From Paramecium tetraurelia (Eukaryota): DNA of 64,000 bases. Shown here one piece after another: positions 26,030 through 38,656 of this stretch. The DNA lies in contig CT868407.1 in assembly GCA_000165425.1 (NCBI GenBank), forward strand, positions 137,204 through 201,203, written 5' to 3'. The notes below the pieces were generated by a model. It ran no database searches and had not been told where the DNA came from. It was given only the letters and a program-made list of their open reading frames with translations. Position 1 is the stretch's first letter, and each line of letters begins with the position of its first letter. A program made the translations under genes and the position numbers.

Positions 26030-27318
26030 ATGAATTTAACAATTGATGGCAAACAAAAAGTGAACTAATTTTTACGATTACTAAAAATCTTTTCATATCC
26101 ACTTATCATATGCGATTGTGAAAGTATTATTCCACTATTCTATCATAAGAAATGTAATTCTCAGAAATGCCTGAGAATCAATCATTCAATGAATTCAATA
26201 AGACAGATTCCCCTGCATTTTTTGCATAACTAGACAATGATTTCTTTACTCAATTCCAAACTTAGATCAGAGAAAACCACCTGTTATTCACTTAACCCCA
26301 TTTTTCAAACATTGAATTATAGTAAGAAGTCTCCATACTTAATTCATAGTTAAAGTATATATGCTCCTATATACCAACTGATATCATATACAAATCAATA
26401 AAACCATTAATCAAATCACAAATCAAACAATTAAAACTATCCTTTGCCTATATGATTTCGGATTCATATCAAGAGGACAAAAAAATTTAGTTACAATTTA
26501 TGATCGCCACCTATTCTGAAGATGGTTATTTTACTATCATGAAGCCTATATCTTAATTAACTCCTAGAATATTCGACTTACCACTCCTGTAAAATAAAGT
26601 TATCAGCTTCAATTATTTAAGTTGCAAAACAATACTAACACAGATGAAATCCCACTCAATTTAATTGAATTTTAGTTCAGATAATATTCAATTTAATCCA
26701 ATATCGTTTGACTCAGAATTAGTTGAAATTCCATCAAATACTTTGAGTCATTATGACTAAGCATTTATAGAGAATGTATATGGAGAACTCTAAATAGAAT
26801 TGATATACTCAAGAACATACATTCCCATCTTTAATTTTAGTCAAAAATACAAATTAGACTGTTAAATTTATATCAACCCTTCAAAACAATTTAATAATAA
26901 AAATGCTATTTTCTATTTTGTTTATAATTAGTAATACATGATGCTTTGCAGTAGACAATAAGCAATAGTCAACAATTAAAGTAAACCTTAGGCTAAAATA
27001 TTCCACAATCCAGATTTGATCAAAGAAATTTAACTAATTAACAGTAGTATTAAATAGAATAAGGCAGACTTGTAATATCCTACCACTCATCATAAAAATA
27101 CCTCAATATACATTTATGACAACCCTCCCCTTAAAATGGTATGTTCTGATGTTATGGACAGTAATACTAAAATATACCATCAACAAGAGCCTTTGCTATT
27201 TGTGCCTCCAAAAGTGACGGGATCTATCAGTTAAGCTATATAAGACTTTATGACACGCTAATCTTGTCAATAACTTAATGCCACTTCATAAAAATATTCA
27301 AAAAGTTTTCAGAACTGA
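26030..27318 (+). CDS. Hypothetical protein; N-terminal half weakly resembles Rad9 (9-1-1 clamp)
   Basis: Open under code 6 with an intron at ~26124-26149. MNLTIDGKQKVNQFLRLLK…AFFAQLDNDFFTQF pattern plus a low-complexity tail. The family assignment is only a visual impression. Confidence 0.5.
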
Positions 27319-27383
27319 AGAATTATTTTTGTAAATTATTATAAAAATAGTACAACATTACACATATAAAAACTCAAAAATTC

Positions 27384-27635
27384 TCATATAAATGAGCATG
27401 AATTAGCCAATTCTTTAAGTGCAGATTTAACTTTATTGTATTTCTCCATCATATAATTTTCGAAATCGGTTCTTATAACTATCTTTTCAATTTTCATTTA
27501 TCGATTTTTATTTTTAATCTCCTTAGGAGTATAATTGAATTCCTTCCAATTTTCAACAATGTGAACAGTTGGTTATTCGCTGAATTAAACTGATTTTTTT
27601 TAGTTAGCAATATCATTTATTGAAGTGTTTGGCAT
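27384..27635 (-). CDS. 83-aa small protein with RVxF-like PP1-docking motif
   Basis: MPNTSINDIANQKKSVQFSEQPTVHIVENWKEFNY…; intronless ATG to TGA. Confidence 0.6.
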
Positions 27636-27775
27636 TTTTAACTATTGTTTTTCTTGTTTGTATAAATTAATTAATGTTAAGAATTCTTTGTTCCAAAAAA
27701 AATTTAAACTATAAATTAATAAATAACACTAATAAATTCTAATTAAAAAATGAATTATTATAGTATAAAATAAAA

Positions 27776-28051
27776 TCAAAAAGTAGTGCAAATATTGAAA
27801 CATTAAGAATTAGATTTCTGTTTTTATTTCTGAAGGAAATTTGAACTACTCACGTCCACATTATATTCCTTCCAATTTTCAACAATGAAGATATCATCTT
27901 CATCCTTAAAAGAAACCGACTACTTTTTCTTTAAATCATCCTCCAATTACTTAGCTACTACTTAGATTGAACTTCTCTCAGGTCCAAATAAGTGAGTTTT
28001 CATAGATTGTCTATGCTAATCAAAAAGATGACAATTATCCTCTGATAACAT
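27776..28051 (-). CDS. 91-aa small protein with RVxF-like motif and C-terminal CaaX (CTTF)
   Basis: …KKKQSVSFKDEDDIFIVENWKEYNVDVS…QCFNICTTF*; paralogous to the adjacent ORF. Confidence 0.7.
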
Positions 28052-29109
28052 TTATATTTAAAATAATTATATAAAATTTCCTGAACTCAACAAATATAAT
28101 CAGCTAAATAATAAACTTAAAAAGAATAAGTTCCACTATTATTATCATGATATTATTTAAAGCATACAATATACTTGGCATCCATTATTCCTTTGTTACT
28201 CATTATTAAGTAGAGCAATATATAGGATCTGGGATATTGCGAAGGTTTGGCTTAAATTAACTAGTGGTTCTTCTTATAGACAATCTCATGATGCTCTAAA
28301 ATCAAATTTCTCTATCCATAAGATAAATTATATTTTTAATCAAATGAATAAGAAATTCCTATCCTTTAAGATCTGTCCATATAAATATGGTTACTCAAGC
28401 AGGAATTGACATAATTTTTATGATTAACTATGCTCTCTTTATAATTTCTGGGATATGCTTAAAATTAAAGAGAAATTAGCTATGCTCTATAAATGAGGTT
28501 GGTTAAATAATTAAATTTATAATTGACCCTAATTCTTTTTAATAAGCATCATTTCTTCCTGTATACTCTTCTAAGTTTAAGTTCAAATTATCTTTAATTT
28601 AGTTTGATGATAATTCTTTAATTGGAATCCAATTTATATAGATGTGCATAGTTTAACTTAGAAAGTTCACCTATCTAAAATATTGTGTTCTTTTGATTAA
28701 TCCTTTATGAAAAATGTTTTTTAAACAATATTGCTGATAAATTAATAATTAGAAAAATATATATTTGTTATTTTGATAAATACATAGGCATTCCCTAATG
28801 ATAATTTTAATTAAAAAATAATTATAAGTTAAATTACGGTAACAAAAGAATTTATCTTCACTTTTATAAAATTGAAAGCCAGAAACGAAATGAAATTCAT
28901 TCTATATATAAGTAACTTTTCTAAAATAATAATTTGCTATTATGATTTAAATTAGATAACTAAATTATTAATTAACTCTTCTTAAATTGGACATAATGTA
29001 AATATTAGATAAAACTATGTTGATAGTAGCGTTCTATTGAATCAAATGAATATCGATAAAAAGATAAAAATTAAAATTTGTAATTTTATAAACATCAAAT
29101 ATTTATAAT

Positions 29110-30599
29110 TCATTATTATTTACTTTGTATCATTTTCTTCTTTTCTTATAATTTATTTTTCTTTTATTTCTCTTCGTCTTCTTTTCTCTTAATCATATCA
29201 TACAATCTCTTATTCTTTCTGCTCAACATAGTTTCAGCTAACTTCTTGGTCTCTTTCTCCTATTATTTAGCCTATTTTTCCTTTTGTTTTTTATTATTCT
29301 AATAAGGCTTGTGTTCCTTCTATTATCCATCTTCTTCTTCACTCTCTGATTGGACTTCTTCTAAGTTCAATTATTCAAATGGACTTAAATGAGGAGGGAG
29401 AGTCTAAAATAATATTAATAAATATTACTGATTCTGGAGCATAATCAGCTACACTCAATAATTTTAATTAGTTTATTGAATCATAGACCCATTATGGTTA
29501 TATATATTCTCTCTTTTTATTCTTTTAAATTTGTCTCTCTGTAATTATATGAGTAATCTTTGGATCAGTCAATTGTGAATTTTTGTTATCGTTCTCCCAC
29601 ATCACTTCTCCTCCAAAACTCAATATTACGAATTCTAAGGATGTCTTAGGCACTTCTGGATATAGGAAAAATGTTAAGCCTTTGAATAATTCGGAATATT
29701 TTTTTGTTTCTTATTATTATTAATCCATCTATTAGATTGTTGGATCTTCTTTAAATGCTTCATCAATTTCAATCCTTAAGTTAACAAATAATAATACTGA
29801 TTGTTTTATGAAACTGATTTCAACTTCTTAACTTCTTCGCTGAAGTCAGTAATTTCAATATCTTATCCTAGAAGTTTAAAGTTGACAAACTTCATCAAAA
29901 CTTGATAGAATTCAAGGAATGTCATCATTATTTTATAGTCTACATCTAATGGCAATGAAGCTTGAATGGGATATGGCATAATCCAAGTAATAGTGGCTCC
30001 TTAGACTACAGCTTGATAATAGATACCCTTAATAGAGAGGAAAACCTAAGGTATAAGGTGAAGAATCTTACTTTTCTCAAGCAATTATTGGCTGACACAT
30101 ATAATAAGAATTGGCTGAGCAATTTTTAACAGCCTCTTATTAATGTGTTAGGAATGTGAAGTTCCTTGTGTGTAGGAAATGAAGCAAATAGACTCACTAA
30201 GCATAATGGATCATCAAGATCATTCAATGCATCTATAAAGGTTGGATATCTTTCTTTGACCAAGTGATCCAACTTGTCTTTTGGTTAATTTCTTCGTAAT
30301 CTTCCAGCCTTTAATTTGTCACCTCTAGTTAATGCTTTTCTTATTTTTTTTAAATGAGCCTGTCTTTGTCTGAAAGTATCAAGTATAGACTCATTTTTAA
30401 GGAAAGCAATATCCTTGTTATGGTAATAGGTTTTGTGTTATTTTCTCAATTTCTAAGGTGGTTCTCTTGGGTAAATTCCTTTTAAGATGCAAAGTCTTCT
30501 GAAATCCTTGAGATTGACTTAGAGTTTTTTGAGAGCTTTGGTTCTGGATACATATTCTTTGACTGGTCCTTCCTTTCCCTTTTTAATTTTTTTACCCAT
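29110..30599 (-). CDS. PES1: Pescadillo (Nop7), 60S biogenesis factor with BRCT domain
   Basis: [70 protein letters not shown]. Confidence 0.97.
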
Positions 30600-30696
30600 A
30601 AATTAAAACTATAAATTAATATTAAAAATGATGTATAAGGAAAATAGAATGAATATCGATAAAATTGGGTCTAAAATAAAAGAATGGGAATAATTA

Positions 30697-31517
30697 TCAT
30701 AACATTTTTTAGACTTCGATATCATTATTACTTTGATTCTCCGTTTATAATCTTTCAATGTCAATAAATAATTGTCTGATTTGACCCACAGATCTAAGCA
30801 TCAAGATCTAATAGAGAACTACCATAAACTCAAGTGTCATGAAAATGATTATTCTATGAGATATTTGTTACTTTAACCTTATTACAACATTTTTATTATA
30901 GATCCCTAATTAATGATCGGCAATATGATTTGTCGCTAAAATAACAATAGTACTTGAAAATTCAATGATAAATGATACAGTTATTCCCAAAAAATAAAAG
31001 ATTAGGGAATTGTACTTTTGTCTTTTGATACCAATCGTTCCTATGGCAACACTCAAAATCCAAAGCAGAGAACTCATTGTAAAATATTTATTTGTTACGA
31101 TATAATGATCAAGATGGCTATAGTGAATGTAACAGTAGTGAATTTATTTAAACCAAGTAGTTTGATTGCATTTACAATAAATAAAAATACACCTCCTAAT
31201 TAATGAGATGCGTGGATTCTAACTCATAAATATAGAGTATACAATTTGCCTAATTGTTTGGATTCTATCTATTTAACTACCATGATATCAAATAAACTAA
31301 GTTTCTATTCCACTTTAGGAACTTCAAAGAAAATAGGTTCTTACTTGCATGCTTTCATATTCTATAATTCATTTCTAAATGAGAAGTTATTTAATAAAAA
31401 TAAGAAATACTGATCATTTTAGTAATTCTATTCAGGTTGACAATTGAATCTAGGTTTTTCTCTAATTATATCAATTTATTCAGCTTAAATTGATGGATTC
31501 TAATTTTCCTTAGACAT
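30697..31517 (-). CDS. Hypothetical ~4-TM membrane protein
   Basis: After removing short introns: hydrophobic helices LGGVFLFIV, FTIAILIISSLLWILSVAIG, LIFYFLGITVSFIIEFSSTIVIL, IIIFMTLEFMVVLY. Confidence 0.6.
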
Positions 31518-31589
31518 ATTTTTCTTATTATAATTCTAGTATAAATATAAGTCTAATGCAAATAAGTTTATAATGTATTTGAGAGAATT

Positions 31590-32640
31590 TCAATTTGTTT
31601 ATTGTTCCTCCAGTTCCATCCATCGGATTCTTTTTCCATCAACCCATTCGCCTTGACGACTTTCTCCACTTACTTTAGTAAAGATTCCTCTCCCATGTTG
31701 TTTGCCATCCACCCATTATCCAACGTACTTTCTCCCATCTGGCCAAATGAATGTACCAAAACCATCCTTTTTATCATCTACATATCTAGAAACAATTATC
31801 TCCAATTAATTACTCTCCATCGTATATTTTTCCATCAGGCCATTTTGTTACTCCTATGCCATGCATTTTATTGTTATTCCATTCTCCTTCATATTCTCTT
31901 TTGTCTGCCCAAACATATCGACCTTATATTCACTAAAATAAACTACCTTTTCGATGTATATCATTCTAATTGAATTCTCCATTATAAAATGATCCATCCA
32001 CAAATTATAACAAACCCTAACCATGTTTCTTTCCATCTTCATATTATCCCTTATATTTTGAACCATCTGGCCATTGTTCCTCTCCATAACCATGTTATTT
32101 GTCATCCTTCCACTCTCCTTCATATGTTGCTCCATTACTACGATAATATCTACCAAATCCATTGGCTTTATCATTAATCCATTCACCTTCATACACATCT
32201 CCATCAGCATGTATCAATTTCCCTTTTCCACAAGCCTTATCATTTACCCATTCTCCTTCATAAACTGATTAATCTGGCCAAATCTGTTTTCCCCAACCGT
32301 GTCTTTACTCTTTTTACCATTACCCTGTATAAATGGCTCCAGATTCCAATGTTACAGGCTCACATTTATCGAGTACTGACTCCTATAATATTTAAGTTTT
32401 AATTTCATCGAATTTGAAAGAAAGCCTCTTTTATGTTTCATAGACTTAATTTTCATTGTTTGAGTTTGGTTAGTTCACTGTTTCTTCAACTCTTTATTAA
32501 TGTGTAATTGGAACACCTTCATCACCCATTTATAATCCCATATCAATTTAATTGTCAATATCACCCATATTAACTTATTATATTTTCACTATTGTGTTTT
32601 CAGGATTACTCTATCCACAAATACCACCGCAAGTTCCCAT
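31590..32640 (-). CDS. MORN-repeat protein with N-terminal myristoylation/palmitoylation motif
   Basis: MGTCGGICG; many YEGEW…HG.G repeats; ends GKRIRW. Confidence 0.92.
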
Positions 32641-32732
32641 TAAATAATTGATGTTTGTGTTATAAATATTTTATTTAATAATGAATTCGAGCAGAATCAT
32701 ATTCATATTATAATTTAATTGAAAATAGAATA

Positions 32733-35191
32733 TCATCCATTCAATTTCTACTGGAAGAAACTTGGATTCCTCAAACTCTCCTCGTCATAGTCAATTATTC
32801 GAGATTAATTCTAATATAATTATATTATCTATCTCCAAAAACTTTTATGCCCTTATTAATTAAATGTGCTTTCAGTTCCAAAAACGTATTAACAGTATTT
32901 AGCTCTTGATAATGCTACGTTTGCTCTTCTCTAATCATATAAAAATCCAATCGAATCTTTTGAACGTACTAGAGATAGTATAACAATTTCATTCTCTTTC
33001 CCTTAAAACGAATCTACTGTATCTACTTCTACATAATTAAGCAGATTCCAATCTTTTAATCTTAATCTCAAAAGTTCTTTTTACATTTAGTAAGGACTGA
33101 TAATTGAAATTATTTTATTTGTTTTCGATTTAATTTCATCACTCAATATATATTTTACTAATTAAATTATCGCCTCGCACTCTAAGACATTCCTAAAGCT
33201 AGAATCCTTAAGTTCCTCTGTATTATAAGGGGTGTTGAAAAAAAAACTGTTTTTATTTGGACTTATTTTTGCTTCAATATAAGCAGGAATCTACATTTAG
33301 ATTTTACTTTTTTTTAGAGAATTAGAATAAAAAATCTTAGATGTAATTTCTGCTAGATTTGACATTTACCGATATTATTCTGTCAATTTTTTAGACTAAA
33401 TGCAATTTAGCATTCTTTCAAATAAGGAACGATTAAAATGATTATTTTCAGATTCCTTTGCTATAACAATTGGATTCAATTATTTTGTATCTCCAACAAG
33501 GACTATTTTTTCTATATTGTTATATTCAATAAATGGGATCAACTATGATGGTTCTAATGCTGTTGGAGCCTCATCAATTATGCACATTCTCAAATTCACA
33601 TTCTATAATGCATTTTGCAACTTATTATTGTTACAGCTATTTAATGTAGATGCTATAATATGACGCTATTATTAATAATTATTATTTACATATTTGAAAA
33701 TGCCTTCTTGTATTTCTAAATATTTATTTTGTTTTGATTTCAACAACTCATGCAAATCGTTAAAAACATGTCCAAAAGCCTTCAATGTTAATACACTTTT
33801 TTTTATTCTAAAATTTAGATACTCGATATATTTCATGAGCTAAACTAGACTTATTTAAGGGGGTCCATTTGTAAGATTGTTATTTGATTCATCTATTTCC
33901 ATCAAAAAAGATGAAAAGTCTTAAATTTACTCACTCTGCAATTCTTAAATTATGTTGATTGTGATATATTTTTCAAATATTTTCGTAACTTCATCCTTAA
34001 ATTATGAAAAAAATTCTTGTTAAGAACGAATCTCTGCACTATATCTAGCTATGTCATTTTCACATAAATCAGGTCTTCCAAATCGAAGAACCTTAAGAGA
34101 TTAAGGTTATTCCTCTGAGCAATAAATTATGGAATTTGGAGTTTCTATACTTTTATTAATTTTCCTAACCAAATCATTTACAATTCCGTTGGATTTTCCT
34201 AAAATTAAAATTACATCTTTTTAGTCCTCATTCCTAGATTCTTTTAATAAACTCTAGAAAATTGATAAGATACCTAAAATGGTTTAGGTTTTTCCTGTTC
34301 CTGGAGGACCTTCAATTAATGTAAACTATTATTATAATAATTATAAGTTACTTTTTATTCGAAATTCATAGCACTTTCAATAGCTTCTAACTACGATTTA
34401 TCAAAATGTCTTGTAAAGTTAATGTTTTACTTTGACCTTTAAAACATTTATTTTGCATTTTTTCCAAATTAAGTCAACTTTTATTAGTTATTTTTTGTTG
34501 ATGGTTTAAGTATGAGTTAATAAAAACTGCAACTATAAAGTCTAAATATAGCTTTGGCTTCATTCAAATATACTTTTGGAGAACTTAATGGAATAAAATT
34601 GACAATAAATTATTTTCTTTTTAGATTTATAATACCATCCCTTCCTTTCAACTATGTGTATTCAAAGTTGTTTCTAACATCATTCGTAAATGGTAATATT
34701 ATGAATTCTTGCTTTTCTTTCTTTATGTATAGACATAATGTTTAATACATTTAACCATCTTTTTGCCTAATAAATGTTCCACCTATAAATGTTTTGGATT
34801 TTTTAAAAGTTAAATATTGTCCATACCTTTAATATTTCCAAGAATTGATCTTATTTTTCTCATCCTTTACTTATTTCATTACTTACAGCCTTATACCTGT
34901 ATGGAAATTAGGTTGCTCCTCTTCATCAATCATAACACTAAATTTTAGTGGATAAGAAGACTATGTTAAAAAAATCTTTTTATGAAATGTCATTTCCTTT
35001 ACTAAACCACCATAATTTTCATTTTGAAACAAAGGGAACATTTTTTCTTCGTATTCATCAGGTGATTCAAAAGAAATTTATTTCTCTAATGAAGTTATCA
35101 AATTATGATGTTTGGCAAATCTATAACCTTTATTACTTATTAAGTGATTTAGATCTGAAAGTTTAAACCAATCAATTTGTTTTTATTGCAT
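32733..35191 (-). CDS. Superfamily 1B helicase, Sen1/senataxin (Upf1-like); start uncertain
   Basis: FESPDEY…FPLFQNE, LIEGPPGTGKTQT, IIDEA, LVGDTKQL, SLFERM, LTEQYR, IISPYQMQ, VDTVDSFQGKE, RRANVALSRAK. Confidence 0.9.
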
Positions 35192-35471
35192 ATTTAATTT
35201 AATTACTTTTTGTACATTTTGATTTTAGTTATCTATGGTAAAATTCTAATGAATTCTGAAGGAATACAATTGGGATGTACAATATTTCAACTATTCCAAT
35301 TCTAGAATGTTATCTATAAAATATTATGATTTTATAATATAATTAATAATTAAATTTATTAAAACATTAAATTTAATATAAAATGAAAATTGACAGAAAA
35401 AAGCATTGAATGAATTTCATTTCTTTTTTATATAATAATAATTGAATTAATAATTTAATATAAAAACGGAA

Positions 35472-35803
35472 ATGAGATTATTATTGGTTCTTCTATTGAT
35501 TGGTATAATATCAGCAACAATGGCTCCTCCTATCACAAGCAATGATAAGAAGTGGGTGAGATCAACTGCTGAGAATGACTCATGTCATAAGGAATGCAAA
35601 AAATCGGATGGTCATGTTTGTGCAGGATTACATAAAACATAATGTTGCTAGAAACACTGGTGCATTTAAGATGAAAAATTACACGATGTATGGAATTGCA
35701 GAAATGGATTGTACATATTTATGTTCAATTTAGTGAAATTCATGTTGATTCATGCAATTCATTCCCAAAAAGAGATGCTGGATTTTTACAAGAAGACTAT
35801 TGA
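35472..35803 (+). CDS. 102-aa secreted cysteine-rich peptide (8 Cys)
   Basis: Signal peptide MRLLLVLLLIGIISA; C-x3-C-x7-C-x7-CC-x4-C-x11-C-x10-C; 23-nt intron 35711-35733. Confidence 0.75.
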
Positions 35804-35861
35804 GCCACAATATAAATTATATTAATTATTATCATTCTTTCCATTGTCACAAATTTTAAGA

Positions 35862-37304
35862 TCATTCTATTTAAATTTAATTGTTTGTTTTTTTGGATTT
35901 CATTTTCTTTATAATCTCTCCTGCAATATATTAAAAATCATTATCACTCTAATATGTAAATAGTCCTCTCTTTTCCATAAAATGGTATGCATAACACAGA
36001 ACATTGGGTAATTTATTATAATAAACTAATTGTGATTCCTAATTTAATTTTTTGATCTTTTGTTCTATAGTATCACCTTTTTAGATGGAGATGGGCGAGA
36101 CATCAAATTCTAAATAATTATCTTAAATAGTGCCAATTTCTACAGCCCTGGGAACAGTCACAAACCCACAATCAGATGCCACTATATTAGCAACTGATGT
36201 TTCAGGATATTGAATATAATCTTTAATTATGAATTTCTAAAAGTCGTCTGTAAAATCAACCGCTTATAAAAACTATTCATTGTACATTCCTGCAATGTTC
36301 ATTTCATAGTATATAAATAATTATTGACAATTCAATAAAAATGCCTAAGACTCTTAATGTATTTTTACATCTAAGATCACTGCAAATTAGTTCTCACCAA
36401 TCTTTAATGTTAATTCTATGCACTTTTTCAAAAGGAGAGTATGTGAATCCACAATTACAACCCAAGGGTGTCCAAAATTGTTTTCATTCAACAAAAATAT
36501 AATCTATAAAATATCCAATATTATATATTACATTTTCCTTCCTATAAAATATTTTTACAATGCTTGTATCTTCATTGATTGTTAATTTTACAGAATATTC
36601 TTTATAGCCCTCTTCATTCAAAATGATAAAATTCAGTTATTATGCTTCTACTATCGATTAAGCAATTATAAAGTCTTAATCTAACTAAAATTAATAGGTT
36701 AATTACACAAAAAAGCATCATTTTACCAAGTCTTCCATTTTCTCTAAAAAAGCTATATATCTGTAGAATTTAGTTATTCTTCAAAATTGTCACTAACACT
36801 TCTTTCTTATTGGTTACTCGAAAATCACATACAAGAGCAATCACAGAATTTCTGTTGATACAATATGTAAGGGCTTGATTAAAATATAAATCTCTGTATT
36901 CTTTAATTTACAGATCCACTTACGGATGAAAAAGCAGTTAATATAAGCAACCTTTGTATTTATTGCTAAATTCTCCATTTCTATAATTGAGGAACATTAA
37001 ATTATCTTTTTCATATGCTAAAAAGGATAGGTATTGTTCATCAATAATATTAATTTGAAAGACTTCATCTTTAAATCTATCAATCTAATATAAGAGAGAG
37101 ATACTGATATTAATTAGTTTGATTTAATTTTAGATTGATTATAGTAAATTAGGAATTGAATTTTGCTCGTTCTTCATCAATTGACTAATAAACTTGGACT
37201 ATGATCTCTTCATTTGTCAATAAGGTGATTAGTAAACGCTATTTGTCATGCTAAATAGGAATAGGGATTTTATAGTCCACAGATAATGTGATATTATTTT
37301 ACAT
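35862..37304 (-). CDS. Hypothetical beta-strand-rich protein
   Basis: Continuous under code 6 after removing about four short introns. No recognised motif. Confidence 0.6.
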
Positions 37305-37329
37305 AAATTTAATAATAAATAGTAATAGT

Positions 37330-37869
37330 TCAGTTTGATCTCTAAGAGTTTTGGTTGTTGTTATCCCAGCCTCTAATAGAGGGTAACACTACTAAGTTTT
37401 TGAATTAGATTGGTTCTGGGTTGATGTGAGATAATCTCCTAGGACAATTGGATTGGGAATTATTAATATGTTTTGGGATGTCTGGAATTTTGCTTCGCAA
37501 TATTTCAGATTTCATAATGCTCAATTTGGTGATTTTCATATCATCTTCCCAAAGTGGCAATGAGGATTGCTTAGAACTATTGATATGGTGAATTGATCCC
37601 TTATTTTCTGCATTTTCTTTGAAATCTCTGGATTCTCTTCTGTTTCTAAAGAGCTTCTTGTCATATAGAAATAAATTTCGATATTTTTTGAGTTAAGTTC
37701 TTAATGCACTTTATTACTTGAATCCTAAATTTGAGACTTTATTGTTTGGCAATTCTGCTAAGATTCCAATATCATCCAAGGTTGGTGCTACATAAACAGA
37801 ATTCAACCTCCTGGGACGATTAAATATTCTATTTTACAAATTAAGTAATTCCTATCTGTTAAAATTCAT
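37330..37869 (-). CDS. Small basic hypothetical protein
   Basis: Intronless ATG-to-TGA frame MNFNRQELLNL…LPSIRGW…. Confidence 0.6.
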
Positions 37870-37913
37870 GAGCAAATAAAAAATTAATAAATTAATTAGT
37901 CAAAGTTTTATAT

Positions 37914-38340
37914 TCAGAACATGTCCTCCAATCGTTTACCTTGCATTTTGATTTTTATCTAAATTTCATAATAAGTATATTTTTACTTTAAATTATTAAT
38001 GCTTGATTCCAAAGTAAAGTTTTGGTTGATTAAGTTTCGTAGGTTCTGGAACATATTTCACATTCACATATTTTCGGCAAGGATTTTGGTTCAATGGCAA
38101 TCTAAAATCGAATGTTCTATTGATTGGTTTTAAGTCAGCATCAAAATGTTAAATTTTTCGATATGATTGAATACTGTTCTCTCTCTTTTGGTTATGTATC
38201 ATCTATTTCAAATCCGAAGAGGTCACAAAGGTGCTCTGAATTAGTTTTGGTTATTTTTGATATTCTCGAACTCCAATTAATTCAGAAATTCTGATTGGAT
38301 CATCATCCTAAAGACAATAAGTTAATGCTTTATTTAGCAT
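37914..38340 (-). CDS. Small hypothetical protein
   Basis: MLNKALTYCL…; one putative intron near 37960-37987; ends RLEDMF*. Confidence 0.55.
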
Positions 38341-38656
38341 ATAATAATTATAACCTATATTTATAAAAATACTGTTACATAAGCATAAAAAACCATACAA
38401 TATATATTCTCCATTATCCCATTAAACTGATATGTTAAAATTACTAGATGATTATAGAGAAGTGACGACATCATATCTAAAATATCTATTAATATTATAA
38501 ACTGCTAGTAAGAAATGTCTTTCAGGTTTTAGTAATATTTAAAATATTAGATTCTCAATGTTTAATCCTATAACAATATTGAATAATTTGTTTAACACTT
38601 CTAAGTTACTTAATAAATGCTGATAATTTAATAAAAATATTATTATTATATATATA

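Noticed and set aside
28090..28790. Long TGA-free minus-strand frame
   Set aside because: Long open frames arise easily with a single stop codon. It has no motif and no clear start or stop.
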